This document shows, in pieces, positions 17,017 to 26,092 of a DNA stretch of 64,000 nt. This stretch comes from Deltaproteobacteria bacterium TL4 (GTDB lineage Bacteria; SAR324; NAC60-12). The notes below the pieces were generated by a model. It made no database searches. It was not told the DNA's origin and saw only the letters and a program-made list of their open reading frames with translations. Location: the NCBI GenBank assembly GCA_051382335.1, contig JBBCAX010000084.1, positions 23,206 through 87,205 on the forward strand. The letters are read 5' to 3'. How positions within the stretch are numbered: position 1 is the first letter of the stretch; each line of letters starts with the position of its first letter. A program made the translations under genes and the position numbers.

Positions 17017-19024
17017 GCGTTCCTTCTAGTGCGTTTGATTGTTCATGTTCGTCTTTCCCAGGATCCAGTCGCTGACGCAGTAATAGGTGAAATCCCCAAG
17101 GTGTTTCCACAATATCACTCACTTCTCCATACTTCAAACGATAAATAACTTTCTCAAATGATGACTCTAACGTACCTTTTGCCAAAATACCAGAAGTTCC
17201 GTCAGCTCGAGTGGCAGGCGCATCCGAGTAGGCTTTAACCAAGGTCTTAAAATTGAGTTGAGCTTCATCCCTAATCAATGCTTGATAGCGCTCGGTTTGC
17301 TCTATTCCCAAGTTTTGGATCAAAGCGTCCCTCAGCTCATCCTCATCCTGGTACTCCCGATCTTTCAGCCTATTGAGCTTCAACAACATCTGAAAAAAAT
17401 CGCCTTCTTTCCTTATTTGCGACAAGACCTGAGCATCCATCTGAAATCCTGAAGAGCTATGGGCGTACTTAAAAATCAGGGAGCGATATTGTTGCAGCTC
17501 TTCCTTTCCCAGAATTTCTGTCAAGGTTCGGACAAAGCTTTCCTCGTTGGTATATTTTTGTTTCTCTATGGTTTTTAATTTTAAGAGCACATCATAGAAA
17601 TTACCGTGATTTTTAATATCTTCCAAGGCTTGCTCCGTCAACTTATATCGGATTCCCATAAATGCGAATTTCAATAAAGAGGTACGGTATGCTTCGGTTT
17701 GTTCACTTCCCAAAATCGTCTCAGCAGCACATAGAAAATCAGTGTCATCATAATAGATCTGAGTCTCGGCAAGTTGAACCGCACGTATTTTTTCCTCGGA
17801 AATCCGATTCTGTTCCAAGAAGTTCTGAACCTTGGAAGTGAAGCGGTATCCCACAGAGTTTTGCAACAGTTGTTTCAGTTGTGTTGCTTGAAGCAGTGCT
17901 TCCGCTCTGCTGCGTGTCTGGTCAGAACCCCACGCTCCCTGGTAGGTGATTAACAAGTGATGAAATTGATAAAATCTCAAAGGGACCCGCTTCAGGATGA
18001 CATATCCTAAGGGACTATCATAAGGAGCACTAACCTGTCCCTCTTTTAAAACAAGCGCCTTGCTTAAGAAATGGGGTAAGGGGGTTTCCTCAGCGCGCAG
18101 CGTTGGAATTCGGGTGAATTGAGGCAAATCCGTATAGCGCTCGATCAGTTCCTCAAAATCAGTTTCTGGTTGTCGAGCCAACTCCACTAAACGCTTGGCG
18201 ATGCTCCAGGCGGCTTTCTTGTCATAAATGGCGTGAAATCTTGATATTCGAACCCCCTGATAACCAATAACCAGCAGACTTAAGGCTATCGGAGAGGTCA
18301 TGGGTTGATTCGCTTGCGGGATGCGTGAAGGCTCAGGTTCATTGAGCGCTGGGGATAATTCTTTTTCAAGCTGTGTGATGAGACCACCCGGTGTCTGTGT
18401 CGGGTGTAAAACCGTTTCCACTTCAAATTGACGAGCCAGGGTGCCTTTTCGAAGAATGACCACCTTTTCCAGTTGATCTCCCTGCTCCAAGACTTTCAGA
18501 ACAGCCATTCCCCCAACAACTTTTCCAAAAACAGTATGTTGTTGATTAAAAGAGGGAAGGGGTTTGAGGGTAATAAAAAACTGGCTTCCATGGGCATCCG
18601 GCCCCATGTGAATCGTTGACAGCATTCCAGGCGTATTGAAGGTCAAATCAGAGCGAAATTCATCCAGGATTTGATAACCAGGTCCGCCTAATCCGGTTGC
18701 CGAAGGATCCCCTCCTTGAACGAGCTGCTCCTTGACCACTCGGTGAAACGTCAAACCATCGTAAAATCGAGTTTTGTTAATGCTCGAAGTCAAAGCGTTA
18801 TGCCACTCCACCTTTCCTTCAGCCAAGGCGATGAAGTTGGCTACTGTACGTGGGGTTTTATCATAAAACAACTCAAACAGGATCGCTCCTTTGCTGGTAA
18901 CCATTTTTGCAAAGAGGCCTTCTGACAACGCTTGAGCGAGACTCAACGTCCCTGAAAAGAAAACCAGTAACAGGGACATTCCCAGTTTAGCTCCAATGCT
19001 TTTCTGAAATTTCTCCACGTTCAC
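16967..19024 (-). CDS. Secreted cyclophilin-parvulin fusion PPIase with a repeat insertion
   Basis: Signal peptide, then a cyclophilin domain (FELFYDKTPRTVANF..FHRVV..QGGDP..GSQFFIT). A degenerate parvulin-like domain (LLVIGYQG..GYVILKR) follows. The C-terminal PpiC domain (HLLITYQG...SGILAKGTLESSFEKV..ETPWGFHLL) is split by roughly 200 aa of 67-aa repeats. Confidence 0.85.
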   Translation of the reverse strand: MNVEKFQKSIGAKLGMSLLLVFFSGTLSLAQALSEGLFAKMVTSKGAILFELFYDKTPRTVANFIALAEGKVEWHNALTSSINKTRFYDGLTFHRVVKEQLVQGGDPSATGLGGPGYQILDEFRSDLTFNTPGMLSTIHMGPDAHGSQFFITLKPLPSFNQQHTVFGKVVGGMAVLKVLEQGDQLEKVVILRKGTLARQFEVETVLHPTQTPGGLITQLEKELSPALNEPEPSRIPQANQPMTSPIALSLLVIGYQGVRISRFHAIYDKKAAWSIAKRLVELARQPETDFEELIERYTDLPQFTRIPTLRAEETPLPHFLSKALVLKEGQVSAPYDSPLGYVILKRVPLRFYQFHHLLITYQGAWGSDQTRSRAEALLQATQLKQLLQNSVGYRFTSKVQNFLEQNRISEEKIRAVQLAETQIYYDDTDFLCAAETILGSEQTEAYRTSLLKFAFMGIRYKLTEQALEDIKNHGNFYDVLLKLKTIEKQKYTNEESFVRTLTEILGKEELQQYRSLIFKYAHSSSGFQMDAQVLSQIRKEGDFFQMLLKLNRLKDREYQDEDELRDALIQNLGIEQTERYQALIRDEAQLNFKTLVKAYSDAPATRADGTSGILAKGTLESSFEKVIYRLKYGEVSDIVETPWGFHLLLRQRLDPGKDEHEQSNALEGTHEKSTTRYCSNRDYRE

Positions 19025-19060
19025 GACTCTAGGAAGATGGATTCCGTCACACCAAGGACC

Positions 19061-20401
19061 TTACTCTTCACGTTTAATGATATGATACCCAAAAGGAGTT
19101 TCGATTAGAGAGGGATTCACCCCCGCTTTCATTTGAAACACAGCGTTTTCAAAGGCAGGTACCATTTGTCCACGGGCAAACGAACCTAATTCTCCTCCTG
19201 ACTTGGCAGACGGTCCGTCCGAATATTGTTTGGCCAATTCCGCGAAATCCTTTCCGGCCAGGGCATTTTTCAAGACTTCTTCCGCTCGTTGTTTGGCCTC
19301 AGCTTTACTGCGACTTTGCTGTGACCGCATGGCCCCTTTATAGGCGACTAAAATATGACTGGCTTTCGCAAGTTCCAAGGTTGTCCGTTTAAAAATTAAA
19401 TATCCAATATGAGAGTCCACCGGATCACTGATTTGGCCTTGTTTCAAAACAAAGGTCCCTTGGAGAAAAGGGGGAAGTTTATCATCTGATTTTCGAAGCA
19501 CGGGGATTTGAGGTTTGTCAGGCAAGTCAGAGTACTCTTTGACTAAATTCATAAAGTCGACCCCTTCGGTTCGGGCAAGGGTTACCAATTTTTTAGCAAC
19601 TTCCAAGGCGCCTGCTTTTTCATAATAAATGTTTGATTTTGGAATACGAACCCCTTTGTACCCAATCACAAGCATTTCCAAGGAGACTTCCTCAGCCTCA
19701 GGCTGACCTGGTTGAGGGACCCGTGCCGGATCAATTTTTCCTTTGGGTTCCGGTACCGTTTTTTTGTTTTTTTCTGCTAACTTTTCCATCTGCTTTTGGA
19801 CTTCTTGTTCCACCTTCGTCACATCAAAAGCCTTGGCGGCCCGTCCTTCTCGTATAATTTTCACCTGCTTCAGCAAATCTCCTTTTTGAATCTTATAGAC
19901 CACCTCCATCCCGTCTATCACTTCTCCAAAAATCGAGTGCTTTTCGTCTAACCAGGGTGTCGGTTTATGCGTAATAAAAAACTGGCTGCCATTAGTATTC
20001 GGACCTGCGTTCGCCATGGATAAAATTCCAGGTTTGTCATGTTTCAGGTCTTTGTGGAATTCGTCAGGAAATTGATATCCGGGTCCTCCCATCCCTGTTC
20101 CCAAAGGATCACCTCCTTGAACCATAAAGTCGCGAATGACTCGATGAAAGGTGAGTCCGTCATAAAATTTAGTTTTTTTAGGCGCATTGGTAATGGGGTC
20201 AATCCATGATTTGATTCCTTCCGCAAGACCCACAAAATTCGCTACGGTTTGAGGAACTTTGTCATAAAACAATTTTAAGGTGATCGTCCCTTTGGATGTT
20301 TCCATTTGAGCATACATCCCCTCTTCCAGTTTCAGCTCACTAGCCATCCCCCCTTGGGAAATCAAAACAAAGAAAAATATTAAAAGTAAACGCCAGTTCA
20401 T
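19061..20401 (-). CDS. Secreted cyclophilin-parvulin fusion PPIase (short paralogue)
   Basis: Signal peptide, cyclophilin domain ([32 protein letters not shown]), a degenerate parvulin-like domain and an intact PpiC domain ([38 protein letters not shown]). Confidence 0.85.
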   Translation of the reverse strand: MNWRLLLIFFFVLISQGGMASELKLEEGMYAQMETSKGTITLKLFYDKVPQTVANFVGLAEGIKSWIDPITNAPKKTKFYDGLTFHRVIRDFMVQGGDPLGTGMGGPGYQFPDEFHKDLKHDKPGILSMANAGPNTNGSQFFITHKPTPWLDEKHSIFGEVIDGMEVVYKIQKGDLLKQVKIIREGRAAKAFDVTKVEQEVQKQMEKLAEKNKKTVPEPKGKIDPARVPQPGQPEAEEVSLEMLVIGYKGVRIPKSNIYYEKAGALEVAKKLVTLARTEGVDFMNLVKEYSDLPDKPQIPVLRKSDDKLPPFLQGTFVLKQGQISDPVDSHIGYLIFKRTTLELAKASHILVAYKGAMRSQQSRSKAEAKQRAEEVLKNALAGKDFAELAKQYSDGPSAKSGGELGSFARGQMVPAFENAVFQMKAGVNPSLIETPFGYHIIKREE

Positions 20402-20492
20402 AATTGCACCTCAAAAAAAATTAATAGTAGCCATGTACGTTAAAACTATAAAGCGAGATCCTTTGGCTCAAGCATATCGCTGCTTTTTTGGC

Positions 20493-22172
20493 TTACCCCA
20501 GAACTTCACTCAGAAGTGAGGGGATAATCACACGCAGTGCCAATATTTCTTCGGCCCCTTCAAAAATCGTTAACACTCGTGCATCTTGAAAATAACGAGA
20601 TACCGCAAATTCCTCAGCGTATCCCATTCCACCGTGAAGCTGTAAGGCTTCCCGCGTAACCCACTCCGCCTGTCGACACGCCAGGAGTTTGACCATTGAC
20701 GCTTCAATCTGTCCTTGATTCCGGTTCATTAACTTCGCCGCTTTGTAAGTTAACTGCCGACAAGCCTGAATGATCATGGCCATCCTCGCAATTTTGAGCT
20801 GACTGAGACCATACTCCAACAAGGGTTTTCCAAAAACATAACGATCTTTAGCATATTGCGTCCCTGCTTCATATGCCGCCTGCATCAAACCTAGAGCGCG
20901 TGCCGCCGTCTGCAGCCGTCCTCCGGAGAATCCGGCCATTTGCATATAAAATCCTTTTCCCAAACCTTCCTTACCTCCGATTTGGTTTTCCGCGAGAACA
21001 AAGTAGTTTTCGAAGTTCACTTCGTATGAATGCATTCCCCGGTATCCCATCGTGGCGATCGCCCGTCCGGAAATATGCCCGCCTCCGGGCTGGGTATGTT
21101 CAAAGTCATGTCCTTCAAATGTCGGTTTTTCCGCGATAAATAAAGACAACCCTTTGTGCGTTAACGCAGGATCTTCTTCCGATCGTGCGAGAACCATCAA
21201 AATATCGGCTCTTCCGGCAAAAGTACACCAGGTTTTTACCCCATTGATGAGCCAGCCGCCTTCAGTCGGTCTAGCGGTTACCGTAATTCCCGCGACATCG
21301 GAACCATGATTGGGCTCTGTGACCGCAACAGCGGCAAAACGTTCTCCTGTTGCTAATAAAGGCAACCATTTTTGTTTTTGTGCCTCAGTTCCCCCTTTAA
21401 GCAAGGCCTTCGATAAAATTTCAGGTCGGGTGATCAAACTGCCGATAATCATGGCACCCCGAGAGAGTTCTTCGGTCACAACGACAATACCCACATTGTC
21501 TTCTTCTTCTGAAAAACCTCCATATTCTGCAGGTATGGAAAGCCCAAAACACCCCTGCTCCACGGCGCCCTTAACAATATTTTTAGGAATCAGCAGATCT
21601 TTACGATGAATTTCCTCAGCATGAGGTTTGACTTCTTTTTCAGCGAAAGCCCGGAACGTATCCATCATCAACCGATGATCCTCACTTAGATTGTAGGAAC
21701 CACTGGACTGAAACTGATCCATCACTTTTAGAGTTAAGTGGGCGTATTCAGCACTGGTTGTCTCCTGGATAAATTTCTCGACGACTTTCTGTTGTTGAAA
21801 CCGATAGAAGCCATCCAGCTTAACCCCTAACTGCAGTGCACAGGACACCGCTTCCGTTTCAATGGCCTGCAATGTCATCCCCATGTAGCCAATGGCCAAG
21901 GTTTGCTCGACCTCTCCTGTCGTTGCATACTCCGCCATTTCATTTGCCGCCTGCCATTGGGCGTAAAGCATTGCGGACTTATAGGCTTCCTCCTGATGTT
22001 GATCAATCAACGAAGTGCTGACCCTCCCCTCTTTGGTGGTAAGCTCACGCAAACGCTGTAAAACGTCCTGTAGCAGAGCTCCCCCCTGAACTAAAAGTTC
22101 TTTCCCCACAGCCAAATAAGCTTTTCCATTTGCCGCGCCACTTAACGGACTTGCCTCAATATTCAAATTCAT
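20493..22172 (-). CDS. Acyl-CoA dehydrogenase with a roughly 170-aa N-terminal extension
   Basis: AVAVTEPNHGSDVAG, WCTFAG and LHGGMGYAEEF..RYFQDARVLTIFEGAEEI are canonical ACAD motifs. Confidence 0.9.
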   Translation of the reverse strand: MNLNIEASPLSGAANGKAYLAVGKELLVQGGALLQDVLQRLRELTTKEGRVSTSLIDQHQEEAYKSAMLYAQWQAANEMAEYATTGEVEQTLAIGYMGMTLQAIETEAVSCALQLGVKLDGFYRFQQQKVVEKFIQETTSAEYAHLTLKVMDQFQSSGSYNLSEDHRLMMDTFRAFAEKEVKPHAEEIHRKDLLIPKNIVKGAVEQGCFGLSIPAEYGGFSEEEDNVGIVVVTEELSRGAMIIGSLITRPEILSKALLKGGTEAQKQKWLPLLATGERFAAVAVTEPNHGSDVAGITVTARPTEGGWLINGVKTWCTFAGRADILMVLARSEEDPALTHKGLSLFIAEKPTFEGHDFEHTQPGGGHISGRAIATMGYRGMHSYEVNFENYFVLAENQIGGKEGLGKGFYMQMAGFSGGRLQTAARALGLMQAAYEAGTQYAKDRYVFGKPLLEYGLSQLKIARMAMIIQACRQLTYKAAKLMNRNQGQIEASMVKLLACRQAEWVTREALQLHGGMGYAEEFAVSRYFQDARVLTIFEGAEEILALRVIIPSLLSEVLG

Positions 22173-22373
22173 GATACCTCATTAATCACGGTTGTTTTTG
22201 GCGCAAGCAGTCTCAATCCTCACCTACGCTCCCTCGTTGACGGGATGATAAAGTCGTCATGCCCGTTTCTTTGGTTGGACCAGGATGGCCATAATGAATT
22301 TTTTTCAACTCGAAATGCGTTTTACGTCTCACAACAGTTTCATAAAATAAAAGAGTTCTTGATTGCTTGCAAG

Positions 22374-24032
22374 CTATTCCTGTGCCATGATCGCGTCAGC
22401 AAGTTCAGCGGAAGAACTAAAGCGTTGGGGTGTTTGGGAATTCTTCCACTGCAAATGAAAGTATTCATCTACCATATAGATCCGTCCGACAACGTGATTT
22501 TCAGGATCTTTTAAAACGACAGCATAGCCAGGTTCACCTTCAACAATTTCGGTTGCCAACTCTAATTCATATTGAGAAATTTCGGTTGCCAGATCCTTCA
22601 TCGTGCCTAATAATCGATGTGATTGCCTGGCCAGCTTTTGTGTTACTTTTTTGATTTCTTTAAAAGACGCGAATTTTTGGATTCGATCATTCCATACCAA
22701 AAAAAATGTTTTTGCATCCGTAAATACAAACGGAATACGTCCCATTTGTCTGGTGATTTCTTGAAGGAGCCCCTCCGTTTCTGGAGGCGTGGAATTGGCC
22801 AGTCGCTGCAATTGCTCGTCAAACGGATAAACGTTAATTTCCAAATTGAGATCGGCGAGAAATTGATAAAGTTGTTTTTCCTCACCACGTTGCTTTTCCA
22901 TGGCTTCTTCAGAAGGATAGAGCGTCTTTCCCTGCGGTAACCGACTAAAAAGATTTCCATCCCGCTGAACCTGTTTTTGCTCAGAAGTATTGGAAGCAAT
23001 AAAACTCCCCAGGAACAGCAGAGCCAAAAGCATCAAGGCGCCCATTAATCTTATAAAATTTTTAAACGTCAACGTAGGAGCGGATTTTCGTGAGGCAGGA
23101 TGGTGAATTCTATCATCCCTCATGAGTTGAAAAGATTCCTTGAGCATTTCCTTGAAAATAATAGGCTCCTCTCCATAAAAAAGTTGCAGTTGTTGAATCA
23201 ATTGTTCGTTTCTTTGCTGGACTAATTTGATTTTATTCAATAATTCAAAACCCTGAGTTCGACGATAGACATCACGAACCGCTTCAACCAAGAGCGGAAT
23301 CACAGGGTGCAACGTGAACTCTGTGTCGCTTTGAGTTGCCTCAGCGGCTTTATTCAACTGCCACTGATAAGTTAACTCCGCCTGCAGCAATTTAAAACAT
23401 TGCAAGGACACTTGCCACCTGAGGCGGTTAAACATCGGAGGCACCAGTTCTTCTTCCTCAACGGTTTCCGCTTTTTCCTCAGAGGCGGACGACTCTGGCG
23501 GCACCGTCTTTGCGCTTCTACGGTCTGCCTGCGGATGTTTCTTTGCGTCCAGGGATTTCTGTTTCGCTAAAAAAACCTTCCAGGTTTTCTTAAAATCGTT
23601 CCATATCTTTTGTAATTCGTAACTCAATTGAAACAGTTGATTGAACAACGGAGATATTGTCAAAAAAATCTCAGGTTTATTTTTGCCTAATTGACGGGCA
23701 CTCTTGTGAAACTCTTCCGTTTGACTTTGGAGTTCCGTGATCTGAGCTTCAAGGGCTTTCCACTCAGGCCCACTGATAGGACGTTTGTAATCTTCCGCGA
23801 TCGGAAAAGCGAGGATCTCCAGCAACAGCACCTCATTCACCAGGGAATTCAAATCGATTTGTTCCGTTTTCAGAATGAACGTATCGATTTGTTGCTTAAG
23901 CTGCTTCCAGGATGTCTGAAGCTCTCCCGCGGAAATAGCAGAATCCGTTAACCTCAGGATCTCACTAAATTGACCTCCTGAGAGAGACACTAAGGCAGGC
24001 TGGGACACTTGAGAGGATTCTTCAGCAGTCAT
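22374..24032 (-). CDS. Hypothetical single-pass membrane protein with a coiled-coil-rich cytoplasmic part
   Basis: 552-aa ORF with coding-like composition and one TM helix (LMGALMLLALLFLGSFIAS) near residue 340. I recognise no family motif. Its ATG lies 11 nt inside the 3' end of hicA. Confidence 0.6.
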   Translation of the reverse strand: MTAEESSQVSQPALVSLSGGQFSEILRLTDSAISAGELQTSWKQLKQQIDTFILKTEQIDLNSLVNEVLLLEILAFPIAEDYKRPISGPEWKALEAQITELQSQTEEFHKSARQLGKNKPEIFLTISPLFNQLFQLSYELQKIWNDFKKTWKVFLAKQKSLDAKKHPQADRRSAKTVPPESSASEEKAETVEEEELVPPMFNRLRWQVSLQCFKLLQAELTYQWQLNKAAEATQSDTEFTLHPVIPLLVEAVRDVYRRTQGFELLNKIKLVQQRNEQLIQQLQLFYGEEPIIFKEMLKESFQLMRDDRIHHPASRKSAPTLTFKNFIRLMGALMLLALLFLGSFIASNTSEQKQVQRDGNLFSRLPQGKTLYPSEEAMEKQRGEEKQLYQFLADLNLEINVYPFDEQLQRLANSTPPETEGLLQEITRQMGRIPFVFTDAKTFFLVWNDRIQKFASFKEIKKVTQKLARQSHRLLGTMKDLATEISQYELELATEIVEGEPGYAVVLKDPENHVVGRIYMVDEYFHLQWKNSQTPQRFSSSAELADAIMAQE

Positions 24033-24270
24033 AATTCACTTTGATCGAAGTAATTTGAAGCAGTTCTTCCCTGCTCATATCGCTATCTTTTAATATTTGG
24101 TTTAACAGCCCCGATCCTATAGTTTCCCCTGAATGAACAGGTACTGTGGTACATCTTCCATCCGAATGCTGTAGGAAATGATGACTTCCACGAATACGTA
24201 TGACATCAAAACCCGCTTTACGTAAGGCTTTGATGAGTTTTTTTCCTGTCAATGATGGAAAGTTACTCAT
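24022..24270 (-). CDS. hicA: HicA-family mRNA interferase toxin
   Basis: KKLIKALRKAGFDVIRIRGSHHFLQH..GRCTTVPVHSGETIGSGLLNQILKD is the YcfA/HicA pattern. There is an ATGA start/stop overlap with hicB. Confidence 0.85.
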   Translation of the reverse strand: MSNFPSLTGKKLIKALRKAGFDVIRIRGSHHFLQHSDGRCTTVPVHSGETIGSGLLNQILKDSDMSREELLQITSIKVNYDC

Positions 24271-24479
24271 ACCTCAACCATCACCCGTTGAATCCCAATA
24301 AAATCGGTCATCTCAGGTTCTTGTTGAACTTCCAGGCAGAGTAAAATAACCTCCTGAATCCGCTTCATCAAGGTATCCATCGATTTTGCCTGAGTGTGGC
24401 ATCCCCTTAAAGACGGGACGGAGGCTACCCAGTACCCGTCTCGATCCTTCTCAATCACTACATGAAATTCTCGTTTCAT
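24267..24479 (-). CDS. hicB: HicB-family antitoxin (short, UPF0150-type)
   Basis: FHVVIEKDRDGYWVASVPSLRGCHTQAKSMDTLMKRIQEVI matches the HicB N-terminal fold. It lies immediately upstream of hicA. Confidence 0.8.
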   Translation of the reverse strand: MKREFHVVIEKDRDGYWVASVPSLRGCHTQAKSMDTLMKRIQEVILLCLEVQQEPEMTDFIGIQRVMVEV

Positions 24480-24496
24480 TTTGTTCCTCTTTTAAA

Positions 24497-24631
24497 ATTT
24501 ATGGCTATAGTCATCGTTTCGCCAATGTCCCTTCGACTTCGCTCAGGGAACGCACTCGGAGGCTGAGCGGAGTCGAAGCCGGATTTCAAAGATCGCTGCC
24601 TTTTGGCGAAACGATGACTATAGCCAAATTT
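24497..24631. repeat. Nested inverted-repeat element (about 135 nt)
   Basis: Outer arms GGCTATAGTCATCGTTTCGCCAA (24503-24525) and TTGGCGAAACGATGACTATAGCC (24603-24625) are 23/23 complementary and extend into AAATTT on both sides. Inner arms CTTCGACTTCGCTCAG (24531-24546) and CTGAGCGGAGTCGAAG (24563-24578) match 15/16. Confidence 0.8.
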
Positions 24632-24637
24632 ATTCTC

Positions 24638-24676
24638 AAAACGTACGGGCGAATAATCATTCGCCCGTACGTTTTT
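24638..24676. terminator. Perfect 17-bp hairpin with flanking A/T runs (terminator-like or REP-like)
   Basis: AAAACGTACGGGCGAAT-aatc-ATTCGCCCGTACGTTTT followed by T. It is symmetric, so it reads as a stem plus U-tract on either strand. It lies between divergent genes, where no terminator is needed. Confidence 0.45.
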
Positions 24677-24947
24677 CTCAGTTGGAGACTGGGTTCCCAC
24701 TCCTTTTCCGGTGGATTTTTCACAAACTGGAGACATCGGTCCTTATCCATTTCCCGAATTAAAAAAGCCTCAGGTTCCAAGCGCTGATAGGCAGAGGAGG
24801 TCACAATGAGGCTGGCGTTATAACTTGGTCAGTTCTTCTGAGGTTCATACATGGTCTCATGACCTGTTGTCAATCTCAAAGGATAGCTGTTGTCTTTTGA
24901 ATAAGATACGCTAAGATTACAAAAAAATCTTTGCGTTTAACCGCAAA

Positions 24948-26063
24948 TTGTCTAAGATCGATAACATGAAAAGCCTCATAATTGGCGAAAGAATTGACTC
25001 AGGAGTTCTAAAAACGATGATTGATCCGCGTATTCAGCAAACTGTAGAAATATTAAGTACTTTGGTAGAACCAAAACTCAAATGGAATATTATTGCTCTT
25101 AATCTGGTAAAGCAACTTTTAATCCATGAAAATCAACTTCGGCTGGAAATCCATCTGGTTTCCAATGATCCTAAACTGACAGTACGCTTTCGACAGGAGT
25201 GTCTCAAGGCTCTGGAGCCTTTGAATTTTGAGGCCATTCATCTTGATTTGCGTTTCGTGAATATTGCGGTTGAAGGGATTTCTGGAGTTAAGAATATTGT
25301 ATTGGTTGGCAGTGGTAAAGGAGGTGTAGGCAAGTCAACGATTGCCTCAAACCTGGCCCTCGCGCTTAAAGCGCAGGGAAAAAAGGTAGGCTTGATGGAT
25401 GCGGATATCTATGGTCCCAGCATTCCCGTCATGATGGGCATTAAGCAACACCCCGAAGTGCTTCCCGATGAATATTTACTTCCGATTGAGGCACATGGCG
25501 TCAAAGTCATGTCCATTGGTCTTTTGGTACCCGAAGGCAAGGCCTTACCGTGGAGGGGGCAAATGGCCAGTGGAACGCTCATCCAATTCATTAAAAAAAC
25601 TTTTTGGGGAGATCTTGATTATTTAGTGATTGACCTTCCTCCAGGAACCGGAGACATTCAACTCACTCTGGCCCATAAAGTTCAGGCTCAAGGAATTGTG
25701 ATTGTTTCTACACCGCAAGAAGTGGCCTTAGGGGACATTCGCAGAGCTGTGGATTTGTATCTGGAGCACAAAACACCGATTCTGGCCATTGTGGAAAACA
25801 TGAGTGGCCTCATTTGTGAGAAGTGCGGTCATGAAAATCATCCCTTTGTTAAATCTCCAAGGGGCTTACAATTGGATGCAGCCTTCTACTTACAACTGCC
25901 ATTGCACGCAGAAGTCAGCCGTTGTGGAGATTCAGGACGCCCTATGGTGATCAGTCACCCAACCCATGAGATCTGTGAAAAGTTTAAGCTATTGGCACGG
26001 GAAATTACGCAGACCTGCGAATCCAGGAAGAAGTCTGACGTTGCCTTTCAAACAGAGGCTTAA
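24948..26063 (+). CDS. apbC: Mrp/NBP35-family Fe-S cluster carrier ATPase
   Basis: Deviant Walker A VGSGKGGVGKSTIASNLA, then GLMDADIYGPSIP, and an N-terminal DUF59-like segment. The start is uncertain: TTG at 24948 or ATG at 24966. Confidence 0.9.
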   Translation: MSKIDNMKSLIIGERIDSGVLKTMIDPRIQQTVEILSTLVEPKLKWNIIALNLVKQLLIHENQLRLEIHLVSNDPKLTVRFRQECLKALEPLNFEAIHLDLRFVNIAVEGISGVKNIVLVGSGKGGVGKSTIASNLALALKAQGKKVGLMDADIYGPSIPVMMGIKQHPEVLPDEYLLPIEAHGVKVMSIGLLVPEGKALPWRGQMASGTLIQFIKKTFWGDLDYLVIDLPPGTGDIQLTLAHKVQAQGIVIVSTPQEVALGDIRRAVDLYLEHKTPILAIVENMSGLICEKCGHENHPFVKSPRGLQLDAAFYLQLPLHAEVSRCGDSGRPMVISHPTHEICEKFKLLAREITQTCESRKKSDVAFQTEA

Positions 26064-26092
26064 ATCAATACGTTTTATCAAAAGGGAAGACT

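Noticed and set aside
22366-22375. 10-nt perfect palindrome GCTTGCAAGC at the stop of the 552-aa gene as a regulatory site.
   Set aside because: It is too short to be distinguishable from chance, has no U-tract, and there is no second copy in the window.
24386-24804. Three mutually overlapping ORFs (133, 86 and 72 aa) between hicB and mrp.
   Set aside because: They are translations of the nested inverted repeats in both orientations. The same palindromic DNA gives mirror-image peptides such as YSHRFA and GRMIIRPY. This is repeat-derived, not coding.
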